Shown piece by piece: positions 30,670-39,431 of a stretch of 64,000 nt of DNA; positions within the stretch are counted from its first letter, which is position 1, and each line of letters starts with the position of its first letter. The DNA comes from Candidatus Omnitrophota bacterium (GTDB taxonomy: Bacteria; Omnitrophota; Gorgyraeia; Duberdicusellales; 4484-171). The stretch spans positions 66,324-130,323 of the forward strand of contig JAAEQW010000120.1 in the NCBI GenBank assembly GCA_024231025.1, read 5' to 3'. The translations under genes and the position numbers were made by a program. The notes under the pieces were generated by a model that saw nothing but the letters and a program-made list of their open reading frames with translations, did not search any database and was not told the origin of the DNA.

Positions 30670-31245
30670 CTACTTCGCCTCTCTCTTCAATAAATAATCA
30701 CACTCTAAATTAAGCCTACTGCCAACTCTTTTATTCTTTAAAGTAGTATGTTTATAAGTAAAAGGGATTACGCTAACAGTAAAAACCCTTGCTATGACTT
30801 TTTTAACTGTAAGAGATACACCGTCTATCGCTACTGACCCATTCGCAATAATAAATTTTTTTAACGGCTGTGGTAAGTCAAACTCTAAATTACAGCAATC
30901 ACTGCGTTTTATGATTCTGCGCAATTTAGTCTCTGAATCAATATGGCCAAGAACAAAATGTCCACCTAGCTTATCATTCGCCTTCAACGCAGACTCTAAA
31001 TTTACTAAATCACCGCGTTTAAGAATTTTTAAAGTGGTTCTGCTTAAGGTCGGACCAACTGCTTCAAAAAACATTAAACCATTATCTTTATATATTAAGG
31101 TAAGGCACACACCATTTACAGCGATGCTATCTGAAATATGAGCATCCTCGCAAATAAGCTTAGAATGAACCCCTAGCGTAACTAGCGGCCCCTTCTTGAT
31201 GACCTTCTTTAGTGAACCTATTTCTTTAATTATACCTGTAAACAT
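30670..31245 (-). CDS. ribE: Riboflavin synthase (alpha chain)
   Basis: MFTGII, SIAVNGVCLT, VNLE, GGHFVLGHID, GSVAIDGVSLTV. Confidence 0.95.
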   Translation of the reverse strand: MFTGIIKEIGSLKKVIKKGPLVTLGVHSKLICEDAHISDSIAVNGVCLTLIYKDNGLMFFEAVGPTLSRTTLKILKRGDLVNLESALKANDKLGGHFVLGHIDSETKLRRIIKRSDCCNLEFDLPQPLKKFIIANGSVAIDGVSLTVKKVIARVFTVSVIPFTYKHTTLKNKRVGSRLNLECDYLLKREAK

Positions 31246-31474
31246 TTTTTTGATTATTAGTGTAAGAATTATATCAAAAGAAGAAACAAAAAGCTATATG
31301 TATTTATACACAAAAACCCTTTATTTTCAATGGTTTTTTGTGTTTTAGGGAGTTAGGATTATGTGAAATTAATACCAGTAAAAAGACGGCGCTCATAAAT
31401 CCTTGAGGGGCAATTACTTATGTAGTGTCGGTATGGTTTAACTTTGCTCGGGCGGGACCCCGCTGATGCGGGGG

Positions 31475-31633
31475 ATTCGGCTAAAGAGCTTTTCTTCCTT
31501 TCGTTGAAAAACTCTAGCTTTACATTCGTCCGGCTGCCTGAATACTGAGGAAATTTCTTCGATATTTCCACAGAGCAGCTCGGACATTAATTCGGCTAAA
31601 GAGCTTTTCTTCCTTTCGTTGAAAAACTCTAGC
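31475..31633. repeat. Two identical 44-bp palindromic repeats (31475-31518, 31590-31633) around a 71-bp hairpin-forming spacer
   Basis: attcggctaaagagcttttcttcctttcgttgaaaaactctagc occurs twice. Confidence 0.9.
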
Positions 31634-31639
31634 CTCATT

Positions 31640-31673
31640 AAAAAACCCCGTCTCGGTTTTTCACGAGACGGGG
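31640..31673 (-). terminator. Intrinsic terminator
   Basis: 10-bp perfect stem ccccgtctcg/cgagacgggg followed by U6 on the minus strand, just after the 44-aa gene. Confidence 0.85.
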
Positions 31674-31692
31674 CTATATCACTTAAGATGTC

Positions 31693-31827
31693 TTACTTCT
31701 TTTTTTTCTTTGCAACTTTCTTCTTTGCAACTTTCTTCTTTGCAACTTTCTTCTTTGCAACTTTCTTCTTTGCTACCTTTTTCTTAGCAACCTTTTTCTT
31801 TGCTGCTTTCTTCTTTTTAACTGCCAT
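31693..31827 (-). CDS. 44-aa lysine-rich histone H1/Hc2-like protein, MAVKKKKAA(KKKVA)6KKKKK
   Basis: Strong SD AGGAGGTGG, own promoter and terminator; synonymous variation between the 15-bp repeat units. Confidence 0.85.
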   Translation of the reverse strand: MAVKKKKAAKKKVAKKKVAKKKVAKKKVAKKKVAKKKVAKKKKK

Positions 31828-31880
31828 CTTTCCACCTCCTTTTATTGTTCGACCTTTTGTCGAAACTTATCTACAATTTT

Positions 31881-31909
31881 AATTTAACAAATTTAAAAAT
31901 GAATGTCAA
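31881..31909 (-). promoter_or_regulatory. Sigma70-like promoter TTGACA-N17-TAAATT
   Basis: -35 at 31904-31909, -10 at 31881-31886, preceded by TG. Confidence 0.65.
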
Positions 31910-31945
31910 CTCTTTTTCAAAAATTTTTTCCATTTTTTTAAAAAA

Positions 31946-31961
31946 ACACAACATATTGTGA
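31946..31961. promoter_or_regulatory. NrdR-box-like palindrome ACACAACATATTGTGA
   Basis: Close match to the acaCwAtATaTwGtgt consensus; a weaker copy lies 32 bp away. Confidence 0.45.
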
Positions 31962-32007
31962 TTTTAAAAAATTTAACTAACCACTTTTTGTTTTTTATTT
32001 TTAGTAA

Positions 32008-32379
32008 TTATTCGTGGGATTTTTGTTTCGGAATGCGCACGCGCTTAGCATCGCACCAAAGATTCGAAAGATCGTAGAACTCTCTCGCTTCATGAGTAAA
32101 GATATGAATTACCACATCGAAAAAATCAACAAGAAGCCAGCGATCAAGTTCATCGTCTTCGCGGTGATGAACCTTAAACCCTTGCTTACTTGCCTGCTTA
32201 ATAATTAGATCATATATTGCGCGCGCCTGACGAGGAATTTGAGCTGAAACAATAACAAAATAATCACAAAAGGTTGCAACACCTCTTACATCCAAAATAA
32301 CAGGATCCTCTGCTTTTTTAATGGCAGCGATGTTAACTAGCTCAATTGCCAAATCTTTACTAGTAAATGTTTTTCTCAT
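32008..32379 (-). CDS. rsfS: Ribosome silencing factor
   Basis: KKAEDPVILDV, DYFVIVS, WLLVDFFDVVIHIF, REFYDLSNLW. Confidence 0.92.
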   Translation of the reverse strand: MRKTFTSKDLAIELVNIAAIKKAEDPVILDVRGVATFCDYFVIVSAQIPRQARAIYDLIIKQASKQGFKVHHREDDELDRWLLVDFFDVVIHIFTHEAREFYDLSNLWCDAKRVRIPKQKSHE

Positions 32380-32395
32380 TCTTAAAAACTCATAA

Positions 32396-32495
32396 ATTTT
32401 TAATTTTGAATTGTGGATTATGCATGCCTATAATGTTTTGGTCATTGTAGCTTGGTTATTGTTTGTGGTTTGGTATTTGTAATTTGTAATTTTTT
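32396..32495. repeat. Solo heptamer-repeat arms (degenerate family A fragment plus a family B arm)
   Basis: 32438 ttggtcattgtagcttggttattgtttgt matches 34695 ttggttattgtagtttggttattatttgt at 26/29. Confidence 0.7.
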
Positions 32496-32511
32496 CATAA
32501 CCATTATAATG

Positions 32512-33777
32512 CTATGCTGTTCTTATAATGTTCGTTATTTCTTTTTCTGTATCTGCGGCCATATCGCCAACACACCCAACACAAATATTATGAATGTTAA
32601 ATATCTTCCGGGCAACCTCACTTATCTGTTGCGGCGTAATTTGAGTTATCTTCTCCTTGATTTGCTCAACCGAATTTATTCTACCGGTTTTTAGGTGACT
32701 TTCGGCGTTAAAGAACATCCTTCCCTCGGGGCGCTCTAGGACCATTACGCTCTGGCCAAAAAAGAAGTCTTTTGCTCTTGCCAATTCTGAAAGAGAAATT
32801 TTCTTCTCTTTAATTTTTTTTAGTTCTTTGATAATTCTGCCCAAGGCAAGTTTAATCCTGCTCTTGTCTAATCCAATATGAATAATAAACGCACCACTAT
32901 CTCTGTACTTTCTAACTTCAGTAGATATATCATAACAAAGAGGCCTTTTCTCTCTTACTTCTTCAAATAAGCGGCTACTCATATTCGCCCCCATAATAAT
33001 ATTTAATAGTTCGCTAGTAAGCCGGTCGCTACTTAAATAAGATGGGCTTCGAAACCCTACACAAAGATGTGCCTGTTCTAACTTTTTCCTTTCAACATCA
33101 ATGTGCATGCCCGTCAATGAGCCCGGGGATAGCAACTGATGCTTTACCTTTGCGGATTTACTCTTTATTTTTTTGTTTATCAGATTAACTAAGGCATCTT
33201 GTGCAAAGTCACCGCTACAAGAAACAACTATGTTAGAAGGCTGATAATACTTATCTTTGAAATTTATCAAATCTTTACGAGTGATCCTCTCAACGCTTGC
33301 CATCTCACCAGCTACCTCTTGCCCCAATTGATGCTTTGGCCAAAGTAATTTATCAAGCAACATAACCACTCGTGAAGTGGGAATATCATTGTACATCTTT
33401 ATTTCTTCTAAAATAACTCTTCTCTCCTTCTCTACGTCATCTGCCTTTAAAGATGGGCATAAAACCATATCCAAAAGAATATCCAAAGTTATATCAAGAT
33501 TTTTCTTCAGAAAATGAGCATAAAATCCTGTGCTTTCCTGCGAAGTAAATCCGTTCAAAGCCCCGCCGCGACCCTCAATTTCTCTTTTAATTTTACGATA
33601 AGAGTAATGCTTGCTACCTTTAAAAAGAAGATGTTCTAGGAAATGAGCAATCCCCTTTAAATTATTTGTCTCGTAACGGCCACCCACCTTTAAGAACACT
33701 CCGAGAGATGCAGTATCCCTACCCTTAAAAGGAGTAAAAACCAAGTCGGTTCCGTTAATATTTATTACTTTATGCAT
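32512..33777 (-). CDS. M16 (pitrilysin) family zinc peptidase
   Basis: GIAHFLEHLLFKG (HxxEH); SSRLFEEVREK. Confidence 0.92.
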   Translation of the reverse strand: MHKVININGTDLVFTPFKGRDTASLGVFLKVGGRYETNNLKGIAHFLEHLLFKGSKHYSYRKIKREIEGRGGALNGFTSQESTGFYAHFLKKNLDITLDILLDMVLCPSLKADDVEKERRVILEEIKMYNDIPTSRVVMLLDKLLWPKHQLGQEVAGEMASVERITRKDLINFKDKYYQPSNIVVSCSGDFAQDALVNLINKKIKSKSAKVKHQLLSPGSLTGMHIDVERKKLEQAHLCVGFRSPSYLSSDRLTSELLNIIMGANMSSRLFEEVREKRPLCYDISTEVRKYRDSGAFIIHIGLDKSRIKLALGRIIKELKKIKEKKISLSELARAKDFFFGQSVMVLERPEGRMFFNAESHLKTGRINSVEQIKEKITQITPQQISEVARKIFNIHNICVGCVGDMAADTEKEITNIIRTA

Positions 33778-34550
33778 AAGGAACGAATATGTTTTGACAA
33801 TCGTTTAACCAAATCTTTTCGGCAGGAATTTTCATCTATGAATTTCACTATTTCACTTCCGATTATTACTCCATCACTAAATTCACTTATTTCCTTTACC
33901 TGGCTTTTTTTATGTATTCCAAAGCCAACACAAATCGGTAATTGAGTCACTTTCCTTATTCTTTTAACGCTAGCTGCAAGCCAATCGCCATCAAGCTTTT
34001 GAGGACCAGTAATTCCTGTAACGGAAATATAATAAATAAAACCCTTGGAATGATCGGCAATTTTCTTGGCTCTTGTGAAAGAAGTTGTTGGTGTAACAAA
34101 GAATATTGTTTCTAAATTAAACCTGTTGGCCTTTTTTATGTACGCTTTGCTCTCTTCAACGGGTAAATCGACGATCATCACCCCGGATACTTGTGCCTTT
34201 TTCATTTTAAGGAAAAATTTATCCATGCCATACTTTAAAACAGGATTATAGTAAGTCATTATAACCAAAGGAATTTTTAATTTTCCTTTAAGGCTATTGA
34301 GCATCGTAAAAAGCTTATCGGTATTTGCTCCTTGCGCTAAAGCCTTATTCGCAGCTGCCTGGATAATCGGACCATCGGCCAAAGGGTCGGAAAAAGGAAC
34401 TCCTAATTCAACAATATCCACACCACAGTCCTGCAAGGCGAGAATAATTTTAGCAGAATCATCCAAAGTTGGAAAACCAAAAGGAACATAAGCTAAAAAT
34501 GCTTTTTTCCCTAGTTTATGCAAGTCTTTGAATTTTTGACTAATCTTCAT
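33765..34550 (-). CDS. trpA: Tryptophan synthase alpha chain
   Basis: ELGVPFSDPLADGPIIQ, GFIYYIS..GITG, VGFGI. Confidence 0.95.
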   Translation of the reverse strand: MKISQKFKDLHKLGKKAFLAYVPFGFPTLDDSAKIILALQDCGVDIVELGVPFSDPLADGPIIQAAANKALAQGANTDKLFTMLNSLKGKLKIPLVIMTYYNPVLKYGMDKFFLKMKKAQVSGVMIVDLPVEESKAYIKKANRFNLETIFFVTPTTSFTRAKKIADHSKGFIYYISVTGITGPQKLDGDWLAASVKRIRKVTQLPICVGFGIHKKSQVKEISEFSDGVIIGSEIVKFIDENSCRKDLVKRLSKHIRSLCIK

Positions 34551-34558
34551 AAAATTAA

Positions 34559-34750
34559 AAATAATCAAGACACCCGCCTGCCAATCCGACGGGCAAGCAA
34601 GTTACAATAACCAAGTTACAAGTTACAATAACCAAGCAATAACCAATTACCAAATTCGAATAACCAAATTATTTGATTATTAAAATCTTGATTATTGGTT
34701 ATTGTAGTTTGGTTATTATTTGTATCTTGCATCTTGTTTCTTGGTTATTT
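34559..34750. repeat. Heptamer-periodic inverted-repeat element (family B) between trpB and trpA
   Basis: taaccaa/gttacaa units on the left, ttggtta/tcttg units on the right; trpB stop lies inside the arm. Confidence 0.8.
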
Positions 34751-35926
34751 AATATATTGATTAACAATATCTAGGTCCTTATCGCCTCTTCCCGACAAAC
34801 AAACAATTATTATTTTATTCTTTGCCGCTTTTGCTAATTCCTTTAAGTAATAAATCGCGTGTGAAGGCTCAAGGGCCGGAATAATGCCTTCTTGCTGAGA
34901 AAGCATTTTAAATCCTTTTATCGCCTGGCGGTCATCAACTGTTACATATTCTGCCCTTTTCGTTACTTTATAAAAAGCGTGCTCCGGCCCAACCCCTGGA
35001 TAATCTAATCCTGGAGCAACAGAGTGCGCCTCTTTAATCTGACCAAATTTATCTTGAAGAACAAAAGACTTTGCTCCTTGCAATACACCGATCTCGCCTT
35101 TTGTAAGCGAAGCAGAATTAAAACTATTTAAACCAGATCCAGCAGCTTCAACCCCAATAAATTTAACACTTTTTTCTTTAAAAAAAGGATGGAAAAGCCC
35201 CATTGAGTTACTTCCTCCGCCAACACAAGCAACCAAATAATTAGGAAGTTTTTTCTCTTTCTTTAAGATTTGTTTTTTGGCTTCACTGCCAATAACCGAT
35301 TGGAAATCTCTAACCATATAAGGGTATGGATGCGGTCCCACAGTAGAGCCGAGCAAATAATACGTATCACCGACATTAGTAACCCAATCGCGAATTGCTT
35401 CGCTACAAGCGTCTTTTAAGGTTTTTGAACCATTACACACCGGTATTACTTTTGCGCCCAAAACTCGCATACGCAAAACATTGGCCTTCTGACGCAAAAC
35501 GTCCTCTGCGCCCATATAGATTTCGCAATTTAATCCAAAAAGGCGCGATACTGTAGCAACAGAAACTCCGTGCTGGCCGGCCCCGGTTTCAGCGATTATT
35601 CTGCGCTTACCCATGTGTTTTGCTAACAAAATTTGGCCTAATGAATTGTTTATTTTATGCGCCCCAGTATGAAGAAGATCTTCGCGCTTAAGATATATTT
35701 TAGCGCCTAAATGTTTACTTAAATTTTTAGCAAAATAAAGTGGCGTAGGGCGTCCGGCATATTCAGAAAGATAAAACTTTAATTCCTTCTTAAAAGATGC
35801 TTGTCTAGACACCTCTTTATAAACACCCTCTAGCTCCAAAAGACATGCCCAAAGAGTTTCAGGTACATATTTACCCCCAAATTCACCAAAGTAGCCTCTA
35901 CTATCCGGTATTTTTTTATTACTCAT
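34745..35926 (-). CDS. trpB: Tryptophan synthase beta chain
   Basis: [46 protein letters not shown]. Confidence 0.97.
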   Translation of the reverse strand: MSNKKIPDSRGYFGEFGGKYVPETLWACLLELEGVYKEVSRQASFKKELKFYLSEYAGRPTPLYFAKNLSKHLGAKIYLKREDLLHTGAHKINNSLGQILLAKHMGKRRIIAETGAGQHGVSVATVSRLFGLNCEIYMGAEDVLRQKANVLRMRVLGAKVIPVCNGSKTLKDACSEAIRDWVTNVGDTYYLLGSTVGPHPYPYMVRDFQSVIGSEAKKQILKKEKKLPNYLVACVGGGSNSMGLFHPFFKEKSVKFIGVEAAGSGLNSFNSASLTKGEIGVLQGAKSFVLQDKFGQIKEAHSVAPGLDYPGVGPEHAFYKVTKRAEYVTVDDRQAIKGFKMLSQQEGIIPALEPSHAIYYLKELAKAAKNKIIIVCLSGRGDKDLDIVNQYIK

Positions 35927-36546
35927 AATTGTTTTGCCTTTTCAATAAAAATACGCATTAAGGCATGATCCTTTTTACCAACAAACTCTTCAATCCCGCT
36001 TGCTACATCAATCGCATAAGGATTAAGATTTTTGCAATTATTTATGTTTTTTTCAGTTAACCCTGAAGAGATGATAACCCTTTCATTTTTTTTGATAATT
36101 GCTGCTATCTCTTTATAGCTATCTGAACAAAGAGTTTTCTGTCCTTTAATTTTATCTTGATATTTCACATCAAACAAAAACCCATCAACCGAATATTTAG
36201 CTATCGCGTCATGGTAGGGGCGATCTTTAGGGAAAAAAACCTTTACTATCTTAAATTTTCGTCTAAATGACTTACAAAAACTCGCCGATTCATCGCCATG
36301 AAACTGCAATATGTTTAATTCAAGTAAAGATGCAATTTCTAGCACCTCATCTTTTTCTTGGTTTGCAAACACACCGCATTTTAAAACAAACGGATCTAAT
36401 TTTGAAATTATCTTTTTCGCACTTTGTGGTTTTATATAGCGTGGACTTTTTTTAGAAAAGATAAACCCTAGAACATCGGCTCCATAGCGTGATGCTCCAA
36501 GCGCATCACTTAAATTTGTTATGCCACATATTTTTACTTTAACCAT
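35923..36546 (-). CDS. trpF: Phosphoribosylanthranilate isomerase
   Basis: VKICGIT, SPR, QFHGDE, DVASGIE. Confidence 0.93.
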   Translation of the reverse strand: MVKVKICGITNLSDALGASRYGADVLGFIFSKKSPRYIKPQSAKKIISKLDPFVLKCGVFANQEKDEVLEIASLLELNILQFHGDESASFCKSFRRKFKIVKVFFPKDRPYHDAIAKYSVDGFLFDVKYQDKIKGQKTLCSDSYKEIAAIIKKNERVIISSGLTEKNINNCKNLNPYAIDVASGIEEFVGKKDHALMRIFIEKAKQL

Positions 36547-37318
36547 CGATTTGAAACTCTTTTATTTTTGATGCAAAATCCTCAGATTCCATTATCGCTC
36601 GACCAACCAAAACCGCGTCCACACCAAGGCCCTTAAGCCATAAAATATCCTTCAAAGACCTTATGCCGCTTTCACTTACTTTTATAATATCCGCTGGAAT
36701 AAAAGGGGCAAGTTTTTGAGTTTTTACTATGTCTACTTTCAAAGTATGTAAATTGCGATTATTAATACCAACAATATCTACTCCTAAAGATAGGATCTTC
36801 CTTAGTTCTTTTTCGCTATGCACTTCAGCCAACACATCCATGCCTAAGTCTTTAGCCAGGCTGTAGAGTTTGGTGAAGCGCTCTTCTTCTAAAATACTAG
36901 CAATAAGAAGAATTGCGTCAGCACCGACCGCTCTTGACTCTAGGACTTGAACTTCTTCTAATATAAAATCCTTACGTAATATCGGCACTTTTACCCGACC
37001 CTTGATTTCCTCAATATCATTGATTTTGCCCATAAAAAATTCTTCTTCAGTAAGAACCGATATAGCGTTAACCTTTGCTGATTCATAAATTTTAGCAATT
37101 TTTAATGGCGAAAAATCTTTACACAACACCCCCGTTAATGGAGAGGCCTGTTTCACTTCGGCAATCAAAGATAGTTTTCCATCGCGTTTTATTGCGTTCT
37201 TAAAAGAAATCGGTGTGGGGGCTTTTTTCACCAAGGCACGAATCGCATCGCTATTTTTACGCAATACCGCGATCCGTTTCTTTTTGGCCTCCAATATTAA
37301 TGAAAGTGTCCTATGCAT
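36539..37318 (-). CDS. trpC: Indole-3-glycerol phosphate synthase
   Basis: IAEVKQASP, SVLTE, LRKDF, GINNRNL, SESGI. Confidence 0.95.
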   Translation of the reverse strand: MHRTLSLILEAKKKRIAVLRKNSDAIRALVKKAPTPISFKNAIKRDGKLSLIAEVKQASPLTGVLCKDFSPLKIAKIYESAKVNAISVLTEEEFFMGKINDIEEIKGRVKVPILRKDFILEEVQVLESRAVGADAILLIASILEEERFTKLYSLAKDLGMDVLAEVHSEKELRKILSLGVDIVGINNRNLHTLKVDIVKTQKLAPFIPADIIKVSESGIRSLKDILWLKGLGVDAVLVGRAIMESEDFASKIKEFQIDG

Positions 37319-38354
37319 TGTTTTTAATAAACTTTCTTAATTCTAGTAATTTTTTCTTAGCTTGACCGCTATCAACAATTTCAGCAGCAAGCTTAACGCC
37401 CTCTTTTAAGGTTTGCGCTTTACCCAATATATAAAAACAGCAAGCTGCGTTGGCGAGCACAATGCTTCGCGGGGCACCCTTTTTCCCATTTAAGATATCT
37501 TTTATAACACTTGCGCTATCTTTAGCGCTCTTGACCTCTAAGTCTTTTAACTTGATCCTCTTTAAGCCAAAATCAGATGGACTCAAGATCATTCTTTTAA
37601 TTTTCTTATTATCAAGAAAGGCCACTTCGGTTTTGCTGCTCAAAGAAACTTCGTCTTTTAAATCCTTGCTGCAAACAACAAAGGCTCTTTTTATGCCAAT
37701 ATTTTTCAGCACCTTAGCCATTACACCAAGCAAGTTCTCGCTGTGCACTCCTAAGAGCTGATGAGTAGTAAAAGCAGGATTGCATAATGGACCCAAAATA
37801 TTAAAAACTGTTCTTATTCCTATTTCTCTTCTAATACCGGCAACATCTTTTAATGCCGGATGATACAACGGAGCATATAAAAATCCTACGTTAATTTTTC
37901 TTATCGCACTCTCCATCACACAAGGAAGGGTATCGATTTTTACCCCTAAAGCTTCAAAAGCATCGGCACTGCCACAGCTAGAAGACATTGCACGATTCCC
38001 ATGCTTAGCCACTTTCGCTCCACCGGCGGCAACAACAAAAGACACCGCAGTCGAAATATTAAATTTGTTAGCTCCGGAGCCACCTGTGCCACAAGTATCG
38101 ATTATTGATTCGTCTTTATTCTCAATACCAATAAAGCTAGTGCGCACATTTATTTTACAGGCATGATCCCTAACTACCTTGGCAGCAGCGGTGATTTCTT
38201 CTTCGCACTCACCCTTCATTGAAAGCGCCACTAAAAACGCGGCAATTTGAACATGAGTTGCTTTCTTTTTGAAGATTTCTTCAAAAACTTTTTCTGCCTC
38301 AGAAGAAGTAAGGCTGCTATTTTTACTTAATTTTATAATCGCCTGTTTGATCAT
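37311..38354 (-). CDS. trpD: Anthranilate phosphoribosyltransferase
   Basis: DTCGTGG, NIST, KHGNR, RTVFNILGPL. Confidence 0.95.
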   Translation of the reverse strand: MIKQAIIKLSKNSSLTSSEAEKVFEEIFKKKATHVQIAAFLVALSMKGECEEEITAAAKVVRDHACKINVRTSFIGIENKDESIIDTCGTGGSGANKFNISTAVSFVVAAGGAKVAKHGNRAMSSSCGSADAFEALGVKIDTLPCVMESAIRKINVGFLYAPLYHPALKDVAGIRREIGIRTVFNILGPLCNPAFTTHQLLGVHSENLLGVMAKVLKNIGIKRAFVVCSKDLKDEVSLSSKTEVAFLDNKKIKRMILSPSDFGLKRIKLKDLEVKSAKDSASVIKDILNGKKGAPRSIVLANAACCFYILGKAQTLKEGVKLAAEIVDSGQAKKKLLELRKFIKNNA

Positions 38355-38914
38355 AGCTTTAAAAAATTACCTAAAATCTTTTTCCCTTCATTTGTCAAAA
38401 TTGACTCAGGGTGAAATTGCACACCACAAAGAGGATATGTTTTTTCTTTTACTCCCATTATTATACCATTATCGCAAAATGCCGTAATTTCAAAATTAGA
38501 TGATAAAGTTTTTTTATCAATGATTAAAGAATGATATCTTGTTGCAACAAATGGCTTTTCTACTTTTGCAAAAAGACCTTTACCGTTATGCTTAATAAGC
38601 GAGGTTTTACCATGCATAACCTGCGGCGCTTTTATAATTTTAGCGCCAAAACAAAAACCAATACATTGATGCCCAAGACAAACACCAAGGATAGGTACTT
38701 TTTTGTAAAACTCTCTTACAACAGAACAACTAATCCCAGCGTCTTTCGGCCTTCCTGGACCAGGAGAAATAACTATTTTTTTGGGTTTTAATTTATTTAT
38801 TTGCGCTATGTCAATTTTGTCATTGCGGATAGTAATCGTTTCGGCGCCAAGTTCTTGCAAATACTGCACTAAATTGTAAGTAAAGGAGTCGTAGTTATCA
38901 ATTACTAGTATCAT
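38351..38914 (-). CDS. trpG: Anthranilate/aminodeoxychorismate synthase component II
   Basis: IDNYDSFTYNL, SPGPG, GVCLGHQ, RYHSL, QFHPES. Confidence 0.93.
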   Translation of the reverse strand: MILVIDNYDSFTYNLVQYLQELGAETITIRNDKIDIAQINKLKPKKIVISPGPGRPKDAGISCSVVREFYKKVPILGVCLGHQCIGFCFGAKIIKAPQVMHGKTSLIKHNGKGLFAKVEKPFVATRYHSLIIDKKTLSSNFEITAFCDNGIIMGVKEKTYPLCGVQFHPESILTNEGKKILGNFLKL

Positions 38915-38956
38915 ATTGTAATATATTTATTAGGCACTAAATTTATATCTTATATC

Positions 38957-39400
38957 AACTAAAAACTAAAAGCTAAAAACGTAAAACCATAACTTAAAAC
39001 TTAAAACCTGTTCTTCCCTTTAAGAGTCAAAATACTAGATCCTAATATTTTTGACAACTCGTTAGTTTCCCTCAATAAAAATTCTAACTGGGGACTCTCT
39101 ATCTTCTTGGCATCTTTCAATAATCCAAACCAATACAGTGTTTCATTAGCTGATTTTAATGAATAACTAAAAAAATTAGTAAAATCTTTTTTGGAACTAG
39201 AAGCTTGAGCCTCAACAATATTCGCACCTATAGATGTCGCTGATCTTATTAACTGTTTTGCGATTATTTGATTCGACAAATCCCTTGGTAAGCTATCTAT
39301 AAAGTTAATAACTTTTATGGAATATTGATAAGCTCTATCTTTTAATTTAATTTTGAATTTTGAGCTTTGGTTTTGCATTTTTCGTTTTTAGTTTTTCGTT
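38957..39400 (-). mobile_element. Putative element: four-helix-bundle gene bracketed by ~50-bp heptamer-periodic inverted repeats (family A)
   Basis: Arms 38957-39006 and 39351-39400 are ~40/50 complementary; related arms recur without the gene at 42582 and 55332. Mobility is inferred. Confidence 0.6.
39001..39378 (-). CDS. Four helix bundle protein (23S rRNA IVP / TIGR02436-like, Avd-related fold)
   Basis: QLIRSATSIGANIVEA...SKKDF...SLKSANETLYW signature. Confidence 0.92.
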   Translation of the reverse strand: MQNQSSKFKIKLKDRAYQYSIKVINFIDSLPRDLSNQIIAKQLIRSATSIGANIVEAQASSSKKDFTNFFSYSLKSANETLYWFGLLKDAKKIESPQLEFLLRETNELSKILGSSILTLKGKNRF

Positions 39401-39431
39401 TAATATTAATAAAAGTTTTAAGATCATACAA

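Noticed and set aside
31475-31633. Mini CRISPR array
   Set aside because: Only two repeats, the 71-bp spacer is itself a hairpin, and there are no cas genes in the window.
31359-31638. Short minus-strand ORFs of 66 and 70 aa
   Set aside because: They are translations of the palindromic repeats, with no SD or recognisable domain.
31246-31640. FMN riboswitch upstream of riboflavin synthase
   Set aside because: The conserved FMN motifs (AGGGC.GGGUGAAAUUCCC..ACCG) are absent on the minus strand; only a short ACCGAC match.
31619-31882. 87-aa Phe-rich plus-strand ORF
   Set aside because: Antisense shadow of the Lys-rich gene, which has the SD, promoter and terminator.
38957-39400. Diversity-generating retroelement or 23S rRNA IVS
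   Set aside because: No reverse transcriptase, TR/VR pair or rRNA sequence seen in the window.
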